A stretch of 64,000 bases of DNA, from assembly GCA_016929695.1 (NCBI GenBank), contig JAFGII010000001.1, positions 10,629-74,628 of the forward strand, in the 5' to 3' direction. Of the stretch, positions 60,636 to 64,000 are shown piece by piece. A program made the translations under genes and the position numbers. The stretch comes from Ignavibacteria bacterium (GTDB lineage Bacteria > Bacteroidota > Ignavibacteria > Tepidaquicellales > Tepidaquicellaceae). Each line of letters opens with the position of its first letter. The first letter of the stretch is position 1. Under the pieces are notes generated by a model. The model ran no database searches. It was given only the letters and a program-made list of their open reading frames with translations, and was not told the origin of the DNA.

Positions 60636-60640
60636 TGAAT

Positions 60641-60817
60641 TTAATTATTTTTTTCTTTTTCTTTCTTTATATCGTTTTTGTCGTCATCTATTGAAATTCT
60701 GTACCAGCAGTTCTTGCATACAAGAGCCCTGTCAATATTTAACAGAATTTGCTGCCAGGAAGTCAGGGGATAATTGCAGTGTGGACACCTGTCAAAAATC
60801 TTGTTTTTATCTTCCAT
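60641..60817 (-). CDS. Unlisted 58-aa zinc-ribbon ORF
   Basis: Hand translation: MEDKNKIFDRCPHCNYPLTSWQQILLNIDRALVCKNCWYRISIDDDKNDIKKEKEKNN. GGGAG lies 10 nt upstream. Overlaps the upstream gene end by 11 nt and stops 5 nt before the gdh start. Below the ORF-track length cutoff. Confidence 0.45.
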   Translation of the reverse strand: MEDKNKIFDRCPHCNYPLTSWQQILLNIDRALVCKNCWYRISIDDDKNDIKKEKEKNN

Positions 60818-63809
60818 TGCCCGCTACTCCCGGTTTCGTTATTATTCCGATTTTTTGATGAGCATTCATTTTTATGGTTATAGGTTTATTAAATATAAGA
60901 TGTTTGACGAATTTCTTCTCGTCTGCAGGTTTTCTGTCCAGTATCCAGTTCCAGTCAAGAAACGTATTTTCTGTATTTGTGTTGACCGTAAAATATCCAA
61001 TCATAAATGATGTCAGATTCTGAAAGAAGTGTGAGCCCTGAGACGGTTCTATAATCATATCTTTCATCCCCGCTTCAATTATGGTTTTGGCTCCGGATAT
61101 TTGTGACCAGTTTACGGGTATTCCCAGCCACGGGTCAAGTGTTCCCCATCTTCCGACTCCTATTAACACATAAGGTCTTTTTAAATTCAGTAACTTACTG
61201 TTAAAAGAACTCACTTCGCCTGCTACTTCTCGCGATAAAGCACGCTCGAATTTGTTTACGTCCACGTAAACGATATCATAAATATTGTTAATCGTTCCGT
61301 TACCAAGTACTTCTGTGCTTCTGCATATCAGGTCTTCCTTTTTTATGGCAGAAATATTTAAATCTTCCGTAAACTGACTGATTACAAACGGTCGCATCTG
61401 CAGGACACCAAATTCCTTGGGCTGATCTTTTGGAACGGATAAATTAACCGCAAATTCTATTTCGACAGGTGTTCCCATTCCCCAGGAACCCATATCCAGC
61501 AATAATTCAAGTATATTCGGAAGTGGAAATATTTTGTTCTTTAAAATCGGGGCAAAAGTAACAAGTCTTGAACCCACCCTGGAAATCCCGTCGTATATGG
61601 CATAATTTTCGTGAGAATAAGTAGAACCTACGTAATGTAAAGTACCGTCTTCCTCTGCAGAGTGTATATCGTAGGATTTTGTAAACGCCTCCTGTATTAT
61701 GAATTCAGGGTCGTTATTTTCTCTTTTGGTTTCAAGGTCTAATGCATAAAATGATTTCTGATTATTAATAAGAGTTTCTTTCGTATTATGAAACTGAATT
61801 AATCTTGTTGGATACTTCGGACAGAATCTGACGCAGTTTCCTCCTTCTACAATTGTTTTGCCAAGACCAAGAGCGACTGATATAACTCCGTCTTTCGCTA
61901 CCATCGGCGGAAGCGGATAAAAATTGTATGTTTTCGCTACTCCGGAAAAGTCTGGATAGAAACGGTTCTTGTGCTTTTTACCGACCATTCGCTGTATGAT
62001 TACAGCCATTTTTTCTTCTTCTAACCGGTATGATGTTATTTTAAAGTAATCTTTTGCACTGTTGCTGTATGTTGAAGCATAGATCAGTTTAATTGAATTG
62101 ATGAGGTCATTGAATCTGGTGTAAGGATTCGGGTCGTTATTCGGAATCATATATGTATCATAAACTCCCGCAAAAGGATGATATTGTGAATCTTCGAGCA
62201 GACTTGAAGACCTGACAGATAGGGGAATTTTGACAATGTCGAGAAATGAAACTAAATATGCAATTACTTCGTCAGAAAATTTTTTGGCTTCGAGAAATTT
62301 CATTTTTAATTTATGGTCGTCTTTGCAGTCCAGAGCAAAATTTTTCAGATTGTTGTCTTCCATGAACTGGTCAAATATATCGGTTCCTATTACGACTGCG
62401 GGGGGAACATCTATCTGGATACCGGGTAATTTATTGCTTATTCCGTAGTTATTTATCAGTATATTAAGGAAACTCAGTCCTCTTGCCTTTCCTCCGAGTG
62501 CTCCGCCGCCTATTCTTGCAAAACTGTTGGAAGGGTCAAATGTGTCTTTATTGAAATCGGTTATTATACCCCTTGCTCGTATTTTTTTGTATTCTTTTAA
62601 TGAGATTATAAGATGCTGCCTTAAATCCTCAATTGATTTGAAATCTTCAACACTCTGGGGTCTCAGTTTGTCTGCCAGCCAGAATTCCGTTCTTGCTTTC
62701 AACCAGTTTGAAAATTCGTTTCTCTCACCGTGATATTTAATAGATTCGGCGGGAATGTCATTTAATGTCTGCTCCAGAGATAATAAATCCGAAGCCCTTC
62801 CGACTTCTGTTCCGTCAGGCATTCTGAATATAAAGTCTCCGAATCCAAAATACTGCGTCATGAACTGCCGTAATTCGTTTAGAAAATGAGGGGACTGCTT
62901 CAGTAAAAAAGAAACTCCGAGTCTTTTTGCTTTTTTTTCGTTACTGGGCTCGGAAGACTGCAGTAATATTGGAATGTCGGAATATTTTTTTCTTACTTCT
63001 TTGGCAAACTGGAAACCCGAATCCAGATTTCTTTTTCCGTCTTTGTAATATTCTATATCTGAAATAATTCCTAGTATGTATTCCTTGTATTCATTGAAAT
63101 AATACATTGCCTCTTCGTACGTATTGCAGAGTAGAATTTTCGGTCTGGCACGCATTCTCAGATATTTATGCGATAGATTTATACCTTCTGTGATTATTCT
63201 CTGAGACTGTTTTATTACCTCTGTGTATATTATGGGTAAGAATGACGAGTAACTTCTTATATCATCTTCGACTACAATGATGCTTTGTACACCGACAAGT
63301 CTTGTGTCGTTTTCAAGATTGAGTTTATCTTCAAGTGACTTTATTATTCCCAGAATTAATCTGTAATCACCCTGCCAGATAAATATCTTTTCAAAAACTG
63401 AAGTATCCTGTTTCAGAATTATTTCGGTTAACTCTCTGTTGTCAAATGAAAGTAAAATTACGGGAGTTTTAATGTTATTCTCTTTCATTTTTTTCGCAAA
63501 CTGAACGGGCGGTAAATCCTCAGTGTGTAAGGTGGTTATTACAAGGTCGAATTTTTTTTCTTCTTTGATTAATGAAAGAGCTTCTAATGCACTTGATACT
63601 CTCGTAATTTCGGGAGAATGGCTTAAATGCAGTCCGAGATATTCATTGCGGATTAACTCGTAAAGCCTTCCGTCTTCTTCAAATAGATATAGGTCGTAGA
63701 GACTCGAGACTAAAAGAACATCTCTGACTCTCTTTTTCATTAAATTCTGAAATCCCTGGAATCTTCTTCCGTATCCGTGTTCAACCCAGCTGGAATCAAA
63801 AGTTTTCAT
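60807..63809 (-). CDS. Receiver-domain / PEP-pyruvate-binding (PPDK_N ATP-grasp) fusion protein
   Basis: 1000-aa ORF. A degenerate REC-like module comes first. A second REC has VVEDD, IISDI, LLQSS and LLKQSP. The PPDK_N-like region has GGKARGLSFLN and VRSSSLLEDS. No swivel-His (TSH-type) motif or PEP-utilizer TIM domain noticed. Confidence 0.75.
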   Translation of the reverse strand: MKTFDSSWVEHGYGRRFQGFQNLMKKRVRDVLLVSSLYDLYLFEEDGRLYELIRNEYLGLHLSHSPEITRVSSALEALSLIKEEKKFDLVITTLHTEDLPPVQFAKKMKENNIKTPVILLSFDNRELTEIILKQDTSVFEKIFIWQGDYRLILGIIKSLEDKLNLENDTRLVGVQSIIVVEDDIRSYSSFLPIIYTEVIKQSQRIITEGINLSHKYLRMRARPKILLCNTYEEAMYYFNEYKEYILGIISDIEYYKDGKRNLDSGFQFAKEVRKKYSDIPILLQSSEPSNEKKAKRLGVSFLLKQSPHFLNELRQFMTQYFGFGDFIFRMPDGTEVGRASDLLSLEQTLNDIPAESIKYHGERNEFSNWLKARTEFWLADKLRPQSVEDFKSIEDLRQHLIISLKEYKKIRARGIITDFNKDTFDPSNSFARIGGGALGGKARGLSFLNILINNYGISNKLPGIQIDVPPAVVIGTDIFDQFMEDNNLKNFALDCKDDHKLKMKFLEAKKFSDEVIAYLVSFLDIVKIPLSVRSSSLLEDSQYHPFAGVYDTYMIPNNDPNPYTRFNDLINSIKLIYASTYSNSAKDYFKITSYRLEEEKMAVIIQRMVGKKHKNRFYPDFSGVAKTYNFYPLPPMVAKDGVISVALGLGKTIVEGGNCVRFCPKYPTRLIQFHNTKETLINNQKSFYALDLETKRENNDPEFIIQEAFTKSYDIHSAEEDGTLHYVGSTYSHENYAIYDGISRVGSRLVTFAPILKNKIFPLPNILELLLDMGSWGMGTPVEIEFAVNLSVPKDQPKEFGVLQMRPFVISQFTEDLNISAIKKEDLICRSTEVLGNGTINNIYDIVYVDVNKFERALSREVAGEVSSFNSKLLNLKRPYVLIGVGRWGTLDPWLGIPVNWSQISGAKTIIEAGMKDMIIEPSQGSHFFQNLTSFMIGYFTVNTNTENTFLDWNWILDRKPADEKKFVKHLIFNKPITIKMNAHQKIGIITKPGVAGNGR

Positions 63810-63847
63810 AAACTGAAAATAAATACATTAAGAGAAGAAATCAATAA

Positions 63848-63883
63848 TAAAAAAATAAACGGAGCAGTGATTGCTGCTCCGTT
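63848..63883 (-). terminator. Rho-independent terminator after the partial gdhA
   Basis: Minus strand reads aacggagcagc-aatc-actgctccgtt followed by tatttttttatt. Confidence 0.6.
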
Positions 63884-63905
63884 AAAAAGTATTATCGTAA
63901 TTAAA

Positions 63906-64000
63906 ATCAGACGACGCCGAGGTCTATCATTGCGTTTGCAACTTTAAGGAAGCCCGCAATATTCGCGCCATTGACATAATTTCCTGGTGTGCCGAATTTT
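63906..64000 (-). CDS. gdhA: C-terminal fragment of a second, GdhA-type glutamate dehydrogenase (runs off the window)
   Basis: Hand translation: ...KFGTPGNYVNGANIAGFLKVANAMIDLGVV*. It closely resembles the E. coli GdhA C-terminus as I remember it (NYVQGANIAGFVKVADAMLAQGVI). Confidence 0.7.

Overview
AT-rich, gene-dense chromosomal segment, mostly transcribed on the minus strand. It probably comes from a type IX secretion (T9SS)-bearing FCB-group bacterium. Ignavibacteriota-like is my guess, because porU/porV and four Por_Secre_tail-type C-termini co-occur with clear AGGAG-type ribosome-binding sites. All calls rest on motifs read from the ORF translations and on hand-folded hairpins; no database search was possible. 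Core content: prmC, dtd, rnc-fabF-acpP, an Mla/MCE-type ABC operon, purL, eno, metK, coaX, etfBA, an initiator tRNA-Met, an amidase, rlpA and two glutamate dehydrogenases. Envelope content: porU-porV, a large cargo protein with a processive GT2, two TonB-dependent receptors and several small outer-membrane (OM) beta-barrels. Best candidates for something new: (1) a dynamin-like GTPase followed by two orphan small proteins, one with a near-eukaryotic C2H2-like finger, chained by overlaps into eno and preceded by an SD-sequestering hairpin leader; (2) an accessory patch next to it with a type II R-M pair and a serine protease split by one in-frame TAA; (3) a CarH/LitR-type B12 photoreceptor regulator with Wx9EH and ExHxxG motifs, next to a DUF4397 lipoprotein and a 4 x 46-bp tandem repeat downstream of the tRNA; (4) a 1000-aa receiver + PEP/pyruvate-binding (ATP-grasp) protein plus an unlisted 58-aa zinc-ribbon ORF, sandwiched between the two glutamate dehydrogenase paralogues; (5) a T9SS cargo with an M6-like domain lacking HExxH; (6) a Crp/Fnr - His-rich mini-protein - TonB receptor block; (7) a structured intergenic element between metK and an EI24/CysZ-like gene.
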